Virus record (IMG/VR): IMGVR_UViG_3300028840_001395
Coordinates: 186,001 to 250,000 of that record
Direction: 5' to 3' (one strand)
DNA length: 64,000 nucleotides
In this document: in pieces, positions 8,732 to 16,812 of the stretch
Numbering within the stretch: the stretch's first letter is position 1
Layout of the letters: every line of letters begins with the position of its first letter
The notes under the pieces: model-generated
The model's input: only the letters and a program-made list of their open reading frames with translations
Told to the model about the DNA's origin: nothing
Databases searched by the model: none
Program-made: the position numbers and the translations under genes

Positions 8732-9334
8732 CTACGCTGCCCGCTTCGCTTCGCGGGCCTTGCGCTCGGCCTCCATCTTGGCGATCCGCTGGGCCTTGGT
8801 CATGCCGCCCTGGGTCACGTCGATGTGATCCTCGATGGCCTGCCAGTTGGGCTCCTCGCCACGCAAGTCCACGATGTTGAACAGGGTGACCACCCCGTCG
8901 AGCCACGCGCTGATGTGCATCTGACCCTTGCGGTCGATGGCGTACACGTACTCGATGTCACCCTCGATGTTGTCCTGGGTGATACGCCAGTCGTCCCGCT
9001 CGTTGCGGTCGCCGTGGCAGAAGCACTGCGGGGAACGTGCCCACAGGCGATGGGCCTCGGGGTCGTCCTTCTCGCTGACGAAGTTCCGGTAGCCGATCTC
9101 CAGGTTGAAGTCGGCCACGGGCTCGTCCGGGAGCGAGCTGAGGATGCTGCTCCACCCTCCCTTGTGCTCATTGATCAGCAGCCGGAGCATCGCCATGTGG
9201 TCGCCCTTGAAGTGACCGTGACAGAGGTGCCAGAGCGCCTTGCCCAGCCCCGTGGGGTAGGCGTCGTAGTGGTGGTAGCGCCCGGAGAAGCCCCCCTTCG
9301 GGGTCACGCGAGCAATGCAGCCTCTCGTACTCAT
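8732..9334 (-). CDS. Phage hypothetical protein (MSTR...YHHYDAYPTGLG type)
   Basis: ORF downstream of a motif promoter and RBS; N-terminal pattern recurs in phage proteins. Confidence 0.75.
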   Translation of the reverse strand: MSTRGCIARVTPKGGFSGRYHHYDAYPTGLGKALWHLCHGHFKGDHMAMLRLLINEHKGGWSSILSSLPDEPVADFNLEIGYRNFVSEKDDPEAHRLWARSPQCFCHGDRNERDDWRITQDNIEGDIEYVYAIDRKGQMHISAWLDGVVTLFNIVDLRGEEPNWQAIEDHIDVTQGGMTKAQRIAKMEAERKAREAKRAA

Positions 9335-9350
9335 GTCATTACCTCCACCT

Positions 9351-9379
9351 AGACTACTCTGTGGTCACCACAAGTAAGA
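9351..9379 (-). promoter_or_regulatory. Phage motif promoter copy 5
   Basis: TCTTAC-N17-TAGTCT then AGGTGGAGG. Confidence 0.8.
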
Positions 9380-9556
9380 CCACTCCCGAGGGACACCGAG
9401 ACCGAACACGTCGGGCTTGACCTCGATGGTTCCCCGGCCAGGTCGGGTCATGTGCAGCCACTTGCCCGCCGGGCGCATCTTGGTCACACGCAACGTCTGC
9501 GCGGGCTTGTCGCGCTTGTACTCGTACTCGATCTCGATGGCCTCGCCAGCTCTCAT
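9365..9556 (-). CDS. Small SH3/KOW-like hypothetical protein
   Basis: ATGA overlap; beta-rich sequence. Confidence 0.55.
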   Translation of the reverse strand: MRAGEAIEIEYEYKRDKPAQTLRVTKMRPAGKWLHMTRPGRGTIEVKPDVFGLGVPREWSYLW

Positions 9557-9771
9557 CGGTCAACCTCCGCTGTCCGGCAGACGGCGAGCCGCTGGAGCGA
9601 TCCACCCGGCCTGTCCTCCCGCAGGTCGGTCGAGGCCCGATCCTCGGAGGGGAACAGCAGGCAGACGTAGACGGTGCCCATCTTCCGAGTCCCCACGAAC
9701 GGACAGAACACCCCCGGAGACTCAGCACAGGTGTTCTCGCCACAGCGTACCTTGACCGTCAGAGTCTTCAT
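9553..9771 (-). CDS. Small Cys-rich hypothetical protein
   Basis: MKTLTVKVRCGENTC...CPF...CLL...C. Confidence 0.6.
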   Translation of the reverse strand: MKTLTVKVRCGENTCAESPGVFCPFVGTRKMGTVYVCLLFPSEDRASTDLREDRPGGSLQRLAVCRTAEVDR

Positions 9772-10265
9772 GTCAGATCCTCCCGGAAGGCGTCGATCCA
9801 CCCCGCGACCTTGTTCTTGAACCTCTGACACCGCTTGGAGTAGTGGCGCGGGAAGCGGAAGTAGGCAAGCTGCTGAGCTAGCTCATCCCAGTACGAAGCC
9901 GGGGGAAGTCGCTCGTCGTGCCAGACATTCTTCTCCCGCAGCCGGATGGCGATGCCGATGCGACGCTCCGAGATGTAGTTGACACCGACGCCTCCACCGG
10001 GATGCGGGCGGCGCTTGTGCTCGATGACCTTGACGGGCAGGTCGAAGAACTCGGCAGCGGCGAGCCCCGCTTCCTGTAGCTCCATCAGGATGCCCACGTC
10101 GGCGGGATGGGCCTCACCGATCTTGCCGTCGCCGGTCTTCCAGTCGCCTTCCTTCATCCTGCGGAGCAGGTCGTGACAGGGCTTGCACCAGCCTTTCGTC
10201 CCCGATGCGGAGAGGCGGGCCAGCTTCTTGATGCCGCTGCTACCGCAGTTCTCGCAGTAGGCCAT
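9768..10265 (-). CDS. Hypothetical protein with N-terminal Zn finger
   Basis: MAYCENC...WCKPC; TGATG coupling. Confidence 0.7.
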   Translation of the reverse strand: MAYCENCGSSGIKKLARLSASGTKGWCKPCHDLLRRMKEGDWKTGDGKIGEAHPADVGILMELQEAGLAAAEFFDLPVKVIEHKRRPHPGGGVGVNYISERRIGIAIRLREKNVWHDERLPPASYWDELAQQLAYFRFPRHYSKRCQRFKNKVAGWIDAFREDLT

Positions 10266-11005
10266 CAGTACCAGCCCCCCGCAGTCCCGAAGGAGCGGTA
10301 GCCCTGGCGGCGCAGGGAGCGGTCGAGGCGGCGACGCGCCTTGGTCGCGGCGGCGCTGAACTCCATCGTGACGTAGGAGCCGCCACCGCCCTCGTAGTGC
10401 TTGCACTCGTCGCGGTTGTACTCGTCGTTGCCGACGATCTGGCCCCCGCTGCCCCGCGTCCACTCGATCCGGCGCAGGGCGGCGAACAGCTTCTTGGCGA
10501 ACCAGTGGTCGCGGGCGTTCTCGACCGCGTGGTTGTTCTCGGGCACGTCCCACTCGACCGTGCGCCCCTTGTTGCGGAAGTGGACGCTGGCGTCGGGCAG
10601 GTGGATGTCCGCGTCCTTGGACACGGGCTTGAGATCGAGGGCCAACTTCTTCGGCGTCACCAGCTTGGTCCGGTCGTAGGCCCCCGGCCCGAGCTTGGGG
10701 TCGAAGACGAACAGCAAGCGGCGCATCGTGTCGAACCGCTCGCGGACCTCGTCGCTGGGGCACTCCCAACCCCACGACCGCAGAGTGAAGCCGCAGTGCC
10801 GGTAGAGCGCGGCCTTCTGCTCCTGGAAGCGCTTGTCCCCGCGCTTGCCCTTGGCGGCGGCGCGGAGCTTCGGCACGAGCGCCTTGGCCTCCGCGAGGAT
10901 CCCCTCCTGCTTGGCGTTCCACGCCGCGAGCAGACCCTTGCGGAACGTCGCCCACTCCTTCGCGGGAATCGTGATCGTCCCGCTCTCCCAGCAGTACTTG
11001 GACAT
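10265..11005 (-). CDS. Hypothetical protein (246 aa)
   Basis: Downstream of a motif promoter and AGGAGG RBS. Confidence 0.8.
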   Translation of the reverse strand: MSKYCWESGTITIPAKEWATFRKGLLAAWNAKQEGILAEAKALVPKLRAAAKGKRGDKRFQEQKAALYRHCGFTLRSWGWECPSDEVRERFDTMRRLLFVFDPKLGPGAYDRTKLVTPKKLALDLKPVSKDADIHLPDASVHFRNKGRTVEWDVPENNHAVENARDHWFAKKLFAALRRIEWTRGSGGQIVGNDEYNRDECKHYEGGGGSYVTMEFSAAATKARRRLDRSLRRQGYRSFGTAGGWY

Positions 11006-11023
11006 CGCATCACCTCCTGCCGC

Positions 11024-11052
11024 AGACTACTCTGTCAGCGACGGAAATAAGC
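11024..11052 (-). promoter_or_regulatory. Phage motif promoter copy 6
   Basis: GCTTAT-N17-TAGTCT. Confidence 0.8.
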
Positions 11053-11060
11053 CCCTGCTG

Positions 11061-11225
11061 TCAGCGACCGATGAAGTCGCGGAAGCAGCGGCGGTCGGCG
11101 GCGGAGAGGGCGGCGCGGGCACGGCGACGGGAGACCCGGCGCAAGCGGCCCCGGATCGACACCCAGACGAGCTGACCATCGGGGCGCTGGCACTCGGTCA
11201 CGGTCCCGGTCTTGAAGGCGTCCAT
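11061..11225 (-). CDS. Small basic hypothetical protein (54 aa)
   Basis: MDAFKTGTVTECQRPDG...; AG-rich RBS; translated by hand, not in the ORF track. Confidence 0.5.
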   Translation of the reverse strand: MDAFKTGTVTECQRPDGQLVWVSIRGRLRRVSRRRARAALSAADRRCFRDFIGR

Positions 11226-11264
11226 CTCCCTCTCCCCTCCCCGGTCGCTCCCGTGAGCGACCGG

Positions 11265-11438
11265 CTAGCGGTTCTCGCAGCCGCACTCGTCGCAGTAGCC
11301 GAGGGTGTCGAGCGCGTTGAGGTGCGCTCCGCACTCCTCGCACACGATGATCGTGTGGGCCAGCTCGTCCTCGGTCAGGTCGGCCATCTCCTTGTCCACG
11401 GTCGCGGCCATCTGCTCCCGAGTCATTCCGTTCGCCAT
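11265..11438 (-). CDS. Small Zn-finger protein (57 aa)
   Basis: MANGMTREQ...CEECG...CDECGC; follows a motif promoter and GGAGG. Confidence 0.65.
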   Translation of the reverse strand: MANGMTREQMAATVDKEMADLTEDELAHTIIVCEECGAHLNALDTLGYCDECGCENR

Positions 11439-11460
11439 CGTGTCCTCCCTCCGTTCACCT

Positions 11461-11489
11461 AGACTACTCTGGGCCGGGGCGAAATAAGA
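11461..11489 (-). promoter_or_regulatory. Phage motif promoter copy 7 (left arm of divergent pair)
   Basis: TCTTAT-N17-TAGTCT. Confidence 0.8.
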
Positions 11490-11557
11490 CCCCTATCAAA
11501 AGAAAACGCGCCCGCCCTCGCGCGTAGGGGTATGCCAAAATGGTATAGGCACGGGGG

Positions 11558-11586
11558 TCTTATCTTGAGTCCCGACAGAGTAGTCT
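11558..11586 (+). promoter_or_regulatory. Phage motif promoter copy 8 (right arm of divergent pair)
   Basis: TCTTAT-N17-TAGTCT then AGGTGAGGAG. Confidence 0.8.
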
Positions 11587-11607
11587 AGGTGAGGAGAGGA
11601 GCACGCG

Positions 11608-12114
11608 ATGAACACTCACGAAGCCTACGCCGAGGAAATCCGCCGAGGTGTCTGGGCCGACCCGAACCCCGACCGCTGCGGCTGCAAAGGAACCGGCCTG
11701 TGGGTGTCGGACTTCGACAGCTACCACGAGTGCCCGTTCCACGGCGACCCCGACATCCCCGACCCCGAGTGGGATGACGAGACCCACGGTCCCTGCACCT
11801 TCGACTGGGACGCCCACGAGCGCCGCATCTGCGTGGATGCCTACCGGCACTTCCGCGATCAGGCCGTCGAACTGGGCCTCTCCGCCGAGGTCTTCGAGGC
11901 CATCTGCCGCCGCGACCTGGGAGCGGGCGAGCACACCCCCCGCGAGTGGGTGAACGCCGCCAACGCCGCCGCCGAGGAGCTGGCCCACACCCTGGAGGAA
12001 GCCAACGCCCGCGCCGAGGGCTTCTCCTGCGCCCTGGAGCGCCGCCTCGAAGAGGAGTACGAGATCGAGATGCAGGAGTACGAGGAAGAAGTCCGAGCCA
12101 CGGGTATCCGATAG
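11608..12114 (+). CDS. Acidic Cys/His hypothetical protein
   Basis: ORF after promoter and RBS; CGC...CPFH. Confidence 0.75.
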   Translation: MNTHEAYAEEIRRGVWADPNPDRCGCKGTGLWVSDFDSYHECPFHGDPDIPDPEWDDETHGPCTFDWDAHERRICVDAYRHFRDQAVELGLSAEVFEAICRRDLGAGEHTPREWVNAANAAAEELAHTLEEANARAEGFSCALERRLEEEYEIEMQEYEEEVRATGIR

Positions 12115-12117
12115 GGG

Positions 12118-12146
12118 GCTTACTTCCGGCCCGGTGAGAGTAGTCT
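12118..12146 (+). promoter_or_regulatory. Phage motif promoter copy 9 (ligase N-half)
   Basis: GCTTAC-N17-TAGTCT then GGAGG. Confidence 0.8.
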
Positions 12147-12162
12147 GGTCACGGAGGTTTCG

Positions 12163-13302
12163 ATGGCCAAGTCCAAGATCGAGAAGCTCGCGGCCCTGAT
12201 CGCCAAGGCCAAGGACGCGTACTACAACGGGAAACCCATCATGGGTGACCCCGAGTATGACGCGCTCGAAGACGAGCTGCGGAAGCTCGACCCGAGCAAC
12301 CCCGTCCTGGCGATGGTCGGTGCAGACCCGACCGGGAGCGGCTGGCCCAAGGTCAAGCACGAGATCCCGATGGGGTCGCTCCGCAAGGCCCAGGACTCCG
12401 ACGACATGGACAAGTGGTTCTCGACGCAGAGCGTCAACACGCCGGTCTGTGTCTCCGACAAGCTCGACGGCATCAGCATCGGCCTGCGCTACGAGAAAGG
12501 CAAGCTCGTCCAGGGCTTGACGCGGGGCGACGGCGACACGGGTGAGGACATCACCAGGAACGTCATGCTGATGCAGGGCGCGGTCAAGGTGCTCCCCAAG
12601 ACGGTCAAGGGCAAGCCCCTCCCCGACGTGGTGTACGTGCGGGGCGAGGTGGTGGTCAAGAAGTCCGACTTCGCCGCCAACTTCAAGGGCGACTCCAACC
12701 CGAGGAACACCGCGAGCGGGACGGCCAAGCGCCAGAGTGACCCGAGCAAGTGCAAGCACCTGACCATCCTCGCGTACCAGTGGCTCCCGGACGGCATGGC
12801 CCCGGAGTTCAAGTGCGACGAGTTCCACGCGCTGGTCGAGGCCGGGTTCCAAACCGCCAACTTCAAGGTCTGCAAGAACGCGGCCCAGGTACAGGCCTTC
12901 TACCAGGAGTACGTGGACAAGACCCGCGACTCCCTGGACTACCTGATCGACGGGCTCGTGGTGGACATCGATGACCGGGACGTGCGCGAGGGCAAGGGCA
13001 CCACGGACGGTCGGCCCAAGGGCGCGGTGGCCTACAAGTTCCCGCACGAGAAGAAGCCGACCACGCTCCGGAACATCCGCTGGCAGGTGGGCAACTCGGG
13101 GCGCATCACCCCGGTCGCAGAGTTCGACACCGTGAACCTGGCGGGCGCGAACGTGAGCCAGGCCAGCCTCCACACGGTCGAGCGTGTCAAGAAGTTGAAA
13201 TTGTTCAAGGGATGCCGTATCCTGGTGTCGCGGCGAAATGATGTGATTCCAATGGTGGAGGCAAACCTGGATGAAAACATCAACATCAGCGACTTCGAGT
13301 AG
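12163..13302 (+). CDS. ligA: NAD-dependent DNA ligase, N-terminal half (Ia, adenylation and OB domains)
   Basis: YYNG...DPEYD, KLDG adenylation motif, LTRGDGDTGEDIT, RGEV, DGLVV, AVAYKF, WQVGNSGRITPVA, RNDVIP; stops before the Zn finger. Confidence 0.93.
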   Translation: MAKSKIEKLAALIAKAKDAYYNGKPIMGDPEYDALEDELRKLDPSNPVLAMVGADPTGSGWPKVKHEIPMGSLRKAQDSDDMDKWFSTQSVNTPVCVSDKLDGISIGLRYEKGKLVQGLTRGDGDTGEDITRNVMLMQGAVKVLPKTVKGKPLPDVVYVRGEVVVKKSDFAANFKGDSNPRNTASGTAKRQSDPSKCKHLTILAYQWLPDGMAPEFKCDEFHALVEAGFQTANFKVCKNAAQVQAFYQEYVDKTRDSLDYLIDGLVVDIDDRDVREGKGTTDGRPKGAVAYKFPHEKKPTTLRNIRWQVGNSGRITPVAEFDTVNLAGANVSQASLHTVERVKKLKLFKGCRILVSRRNDVIPMVEANLDENINISDFE

Positions 13303-14098
13303 CTATCTGGTATGCCCCGTCTGCCAGCGTAAGATGCGGTCTATCACCACACAGCACATCAAGAAGCATGGCTTTGAGGATGCGAAGTCATTCAAGAGAC
13401 ACTTCGGACTAGATTCTCTCAAGTGTGATGAGATGCGAGGACGCCAGTCCAAGTTCATGTCGTCACACAACCCCACCGCAGGGAATGGACACACCCCAAC
13501 GTCCATCAAGAAGATGAGGGAACGACGCAAGGGGAAAGGACTCGGTGTGGCCGGGAAGTACGAGAGGACTCCCGAGATACGCCTCAAGATATCGAAGGGT
13601 GTCACCCGAGCATGGGAAAAGGGGAAGAGAGGAAGAGGATGGTACGTTTACGGTCGCAAGGCTGAAAAGAAGGTATGGGTTCGGTCTTCCTGGGAAGAAC
13701 GGGTGGTGAGAGTCTTGGACTCCCATCCCTGTGTCCTTCGGTATGAGGTAGAACCCTTCCAGATTCCTTACTGGCATAACGGAAATCCGCATCGATACAC
13801 CCCTGACTTCTTGGTGATGTTGGAGGGTAACATCAAGGAACTGTGGGAGGTGAAACCACAGGAACTCCTGAATTTGCACCGTAATCCTTCCAAGATTGCT
13901 GCCTTGAATGAGTTTGCGGTAGATCACGGCATCAACACCAGGGTGGTTACTCTTGAGCACATAGAGGGGATGGAGAGACAGGTGGGAATCCAGCCGTGGA
14001 CGGGGGCTGGAGGGCCGTGGGTGAAACCGGATGACCCTGACTTCCGACCCCGAAGCCCCCGAGAACAAAAGGGCTTATCTGACGACTCAGTGGAGTAG
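13271..14098 (+). mobile_element. Free-standing homing-endonuclease-like gene (Zn finger + NUMOD3-like repeats + TnsA-N-like PD-(D/E)XK nuclease) inserted in ligA
   Basis: CPVC...H..HG; HTPTSIKKMRE and RTPEIRLKISK; RSSWE...YEVEPFQIPY...YTPDFLV...EVKP; visibly A/T-richer than flanks; GGAGG RBS inside the ligase 3' end. Confidence 0.8.
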
Positions 14099-14101
14099 TC
14101 T
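14073..14101 (+). promoter_or_regulatory. Phage motif promoter copy 10 (drives ligase C-half; overlaps endonuclease stop)
   Basis: GCTTAT-N17-TAGTCT then GAAGGAG and ATG; the TAG of the -10 box is the endonuclease stop codon. Confidence 0.8.
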
Positions 14102-14115
14102 AGGTGAAGGAGAAG

Positions 14116-14946
14116 ATGATGACCGTGTCAGCAGCGAGAGAGTATTTTGAAGCACCGACCCTCTGCCCCTCCTGCGGGGGCCAGCTCAAGCGGGACGGCG
14201 AGTACCTCATCTGCCCGAACACCGATGGCTGCGAGGCCCAGGCGACCGGCGCTATCAAGCGCTGGTGCAAGAAGATCGACGTGAAGCACGTCGGGGAGAG
14301 CCTCATCGTGGTGCTGGTCGAGGAGGGGCTGGTCAAGGACATCGCAGACCTGTACACGCTCGACCCCGCCGAGGTCGAGAACCTGACGATGGGCGACCGC
14401 CGGGTGGGCGGTACGGGTCGCAAGGCCGTGACCAACCTGCGGAACAAGATGGCCCTCCCGCTGCACGTCTTCGTCGGGAGTCTCGGCATCCCGCTCATCG
14501 GGCGCAGCATGGCCAAGACCATCGTGGACGGCGGTTTCGACAGCCTCTCGAAGATGCTCAAGGCCAAGATCTCCGAGGTCGCCGCCATCCCCGGCGTCGG
14601 CCAGAGCAAGGCCGACAGCTTCGTCAAGGGCTTCACCGCCAAGGCCGGGCTGGTCGCCAAGCTCATCTCGGTCGGCATCGTGGTGCAGAGCGCCACCGGG
14701 CCGCTCAAGGGCAAGGTCTTTTGCCTCACGGGCTTCCGCGACAGCGACCTGACCGAGGCCATCGAGCGGGCGGGTGGCACGGTCAAGTCCAGCGTGAGCA
14801 AGAAGCTGACGCACCTGGTGCTCAAGGATCCGTCCTCGACTTCGGGCAAGGCGAAGAAGGCCCGCGACTACAACAAGCAGGGCGTGGCCGACATCGAACT
14901 GATAGACCCGGACGAGGCGTGGGATCTCGCGGGAGGTCGTCCGTGA
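14116..14946 (+). CDS. ligA: NAD-dependent DNA ligase, C-terminal half (Zn finger, HhH repeats, BRCT)
   Basis: PTLCPSCG...CPNTDGC, IDVKHVGES, SLGIPLIG, IPGVG, LKGKVFCLTG...GGTVKSSVSKKLTHLV. Confidence 0.92.
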   Translation: MMTVSAAREYFEAPTLCPSCGGQLKRDGEYLICPNTDGCEAQATGAIKRWCKKIDVKHVGESLIVVLVEEGLVKDIADLYTLDPAEVENLTMGDRRVGGTGRKAVTNLRNKMALPLHVFVGSLGIPLIGRSMAKTIVDGGFDSLSKMLKAKISEVAAIPGVGQSKADSFVKGFTAKAGLVAKLISVGIVVQSATGPLKGKVFCLTGFRDSDLTEAIERAGGTVKSSVSKKLTHLVLKDPSSTSGKAKKARDYNKQGVADIELIDPDEAWDLAGGRP

Positions 14947-15185
14947 AAGCCGTCCACCGATACATCATCCTGGGCGGGAGCTACGCCGACATGGCCCACC
15001 TCCACACGCTCGCACAGAGCAGCGCGGAGGCCCTCCAGAAGTGGCGCGACCATTTCGGAGACAAGGTAGAGGGCTGGCCCGATCCCCCCGTGGACAACAT
15101 CGACACCGACCGGCCCGACCTGGCCAAACACTGGAAGGGGAACGGATACGATTACTACTACCGGGACAGGGGAGTGTCAGTGTGA
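14943..15185 (+). CDS. Small hypothetical protein
   Basis: GTGA overlap with the ligase stop. Confidence 0.55.
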   Translation: MKAVHRYIILGGSYADMAHLHTLAQSSAEALQKWRDHFGDKVEGWPDPPVDNIDTDRPDLAKHWKGNGYDYYYRDRGVSV

Positions 15186-15433
15186 GCAGCGCACGCACCA
15201 AGGTCAAGCGACTCCCGTGCGGTCTCCTGCTCGTCTACGGGCGTGACCGTCACGGTTGCCCCCACGTCGAGGTCTGCCGGGAAGACAAGAAGTACTCCCG
15301 ACCGGCATACCCCGTCGCCATAGGGCCGAGCCTCACCCTGACCTGGGGCGGCTGGTCGGCCACGGGAATCGACTACGACTCCCCGACCCGATGGGGTTTC
15401 GGGGTCGGTCGCCTGTGGGTCGAGGTGGTGTGA
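15182..15433 (+). CDS. Small hypothetical protein
   Basis: GTGA overlap. Confidence 0.5.
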   Translation: MSSARTKVKRLPCGLLLVYGRDRHGCPHVEVCREDKKYSRPAYPVAIGPSLTLTWGGWSATGIDYDSPTRWGFGVGRLWVEVV

Positions 15434-15744
15434 TGGGCCTCTACCTGCACCCGCCGGGCTTCCTCCCCGAATGGCTCAAGGAGAACGCCATCGAGATCAC
15501 CCGACAGGATGTTCTCGACGCCGACCTGACGGACGAAGATACGCTCCCCGTCTGTCTCGTCCCCAATCCCTACGCCGAGGGTGTGTGGGCCGCAGGGGTC
15601 ATCTACGACGACATCGAGCGCGCGGAGTTCACACGGGAGGATGACCCGCGACCGAAGACCTGGTGGTTGCTCGAAGTGGAGAAGATCAAGGAGTTCGCGG
15701 GGGAAGTCCACCGGCTTACCAGGCGGGGTCCCCGAGTAGTCTAG
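15433..15744 (+). CDS. Hypothetical protein
   Basis: MGLYLHPPG...; TGATG coupling. Confidence 0.65.
   Translation: MGLYLHPPGFLPEWLKENAIEITRQDVLDADLTDEDTLPVCLVPNPYAEGVWAAGVIYDDIERAEFTREDDPRPKTWWLLEVEKIKEFAGEVHRLTRRGPRVV
15714..15742 (+). promoter_or_regulatory. Phage motif promoter copy 11
   Basis: GCTTAC-N17-TAGTCT then GAGGAGG. Confidence 0.8.
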
Positions 15745-15758
15745 GCGAGGAGGAAGAG

Positions 15759-16382
15759 ATGCCAACCCTGAAACGCGAGTGGATCAAGGTAGCCGACCTG
15801 CCGGGCGCTCCGTTCCGGGGAGCCTTCCCGGACTACAAGGCGAAGCTCCTGCCCGTGCAGGCCGGGCAGACCATCCGTGTGCCGAAGGACACCAAGCTGT
15901 TCCGCATGAAGACCGGCGCGTTCCTGTCCAAGCGCACCTACCGGGTCAAGGTCGATCACGTCCTGACCGGATCCGACATGACCCACCTGGGCCACAAGAA
16001 CCGCGTGACCAATCCGCAGCCCCGCTGGCCCGGCTCCGGTGGCTACTGGACCGAGGCCGACATCAATGACGTGGAGGTCGAGGGCGCGTGGGTCTGGTGC
16101 CAGCCCTGGATCGAGCGTGAGCGTGGGTGGGGGGTTCGCCCGGACGGGTACACGCTCCACACGGACAAGGACGGGGCCAAGCGGATGCTCGCCAAGATGC
16201 GGAAGCGTGAGGCCAGCGAAGGCTACAGCGCCGCGAACGTACCGGACGAGTACTCCGAGCCTTCGGGCAAGCCCTACCGCTGCTTCATCACCGACCCCGC
16301 CGAGCTGGCTGCCATCGAGAAGGCCAAGGACGGCGTGTGGGGCAAGAACGGCAACACGACCCCGCCGGAGTGGAGGGACTAG
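15759..16382 (+). CDS. Hypothetical protein
   Basis: MPTLKREW...; promoter and RBS. Confidence 0.75.
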   Translation: MPTLKREWIKVADLPGAPFRGAFPDYKAKLLPVQAGQTIRVPKDTKLFRMKTGAFLSKRTYRVKVDHVLTGSDMTHLGHKNRVTNPQPRWPGSGGYWTEADINDVEVEGAWVWCQPWIERERGWGVRPDGYTLHTDKDGAKRMLAKMRKREASEGYSAANVPDEYSEPSGKPYRCFITDPAELAAIEKAKDGVWGKNGNTTPPEWRD

Positions 16383-16384
16383 CG

Positions 16385-16759
16385 ATGGAACGCCTGCCCC
16401 ACGCGGTCTACCCCGGACACCCACTCGTGGTCGCGCTCTACGCGATGCGTGAGTACCCGAGCGCACGCGAGGCTCTCGCCAGGACGGAACACGGCTGGCC
16501 CGAGATGGTCGGCAACTCGGCCATCCCTGGAGCGGGTGACGGGGCGCACGCGGGAGCGAGACTCCTGCGAGGCATTTGGGAGAACCGGGTTCCCATCCAG
16601 ACGGCCCACCAGGTCGCCCACGGGATATGGGCGGCGATGGTCGGGCCGGGCAGCGGGAACCACGAGGCCAAGTATGAGCCGGGCCTCAAACAGGCCGAGG
16701 AACTCCGCGAACTGTTCGAGGAAACCGCCCGCGAGTGGGACTGGAATCTTCCCGACTAG
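16385..16759 (+). CDS. Hypothetical protein
   Basis: MERLPHAVYPG...; GGAGG RBS. Confidence 0.65.
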   Translation: MERLPHAVYPGHPLVVALYAMREYPSAREALARTEHGWPEMVGNSAIPGAGDGAHAGARLLRGIWENRVPIQTAHQVAHGIWAAMVGPGSGNHEAKYEPGLKQAEELRELFEETAREWDWNLPD

Positions 16760-16762
16760 GGG

Positions 16763-16791
16763 GCTTATTTCTCCCCGCGACAGAGTAGTCT
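16763..16791 (+). promoter_or_regulatory. Phage motif promoter copy 12 (PARP gene)
   Basis: GCTTAT-N17-TAGTCT. Confidence 0.8.
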
Positions 16792-16812
16792 AGGGGAAGG
16801 GAGAACAGGACG

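Noticed and set aside
13271-14098. Tn7-like transposon (TnsA motif)
   Set aside because: No TnsB/TnsC, terminal repeats or target duplication; the Zn-finger/NUMOD3-type N-terminus fits a free-standing homing endonuclease
13302-14116. Intein or group I intron in ligA, or amber readthrough joining the halves
   Set aside because: The insert is in another frame with no C1/HN intein ends; no recognisable P7 core; readthrough of the 13300 TAG meets TAA and then TGA within about 25 codons; the C-half has its own promoter and RBS. Splicing is not formally excluded without RT-PCR
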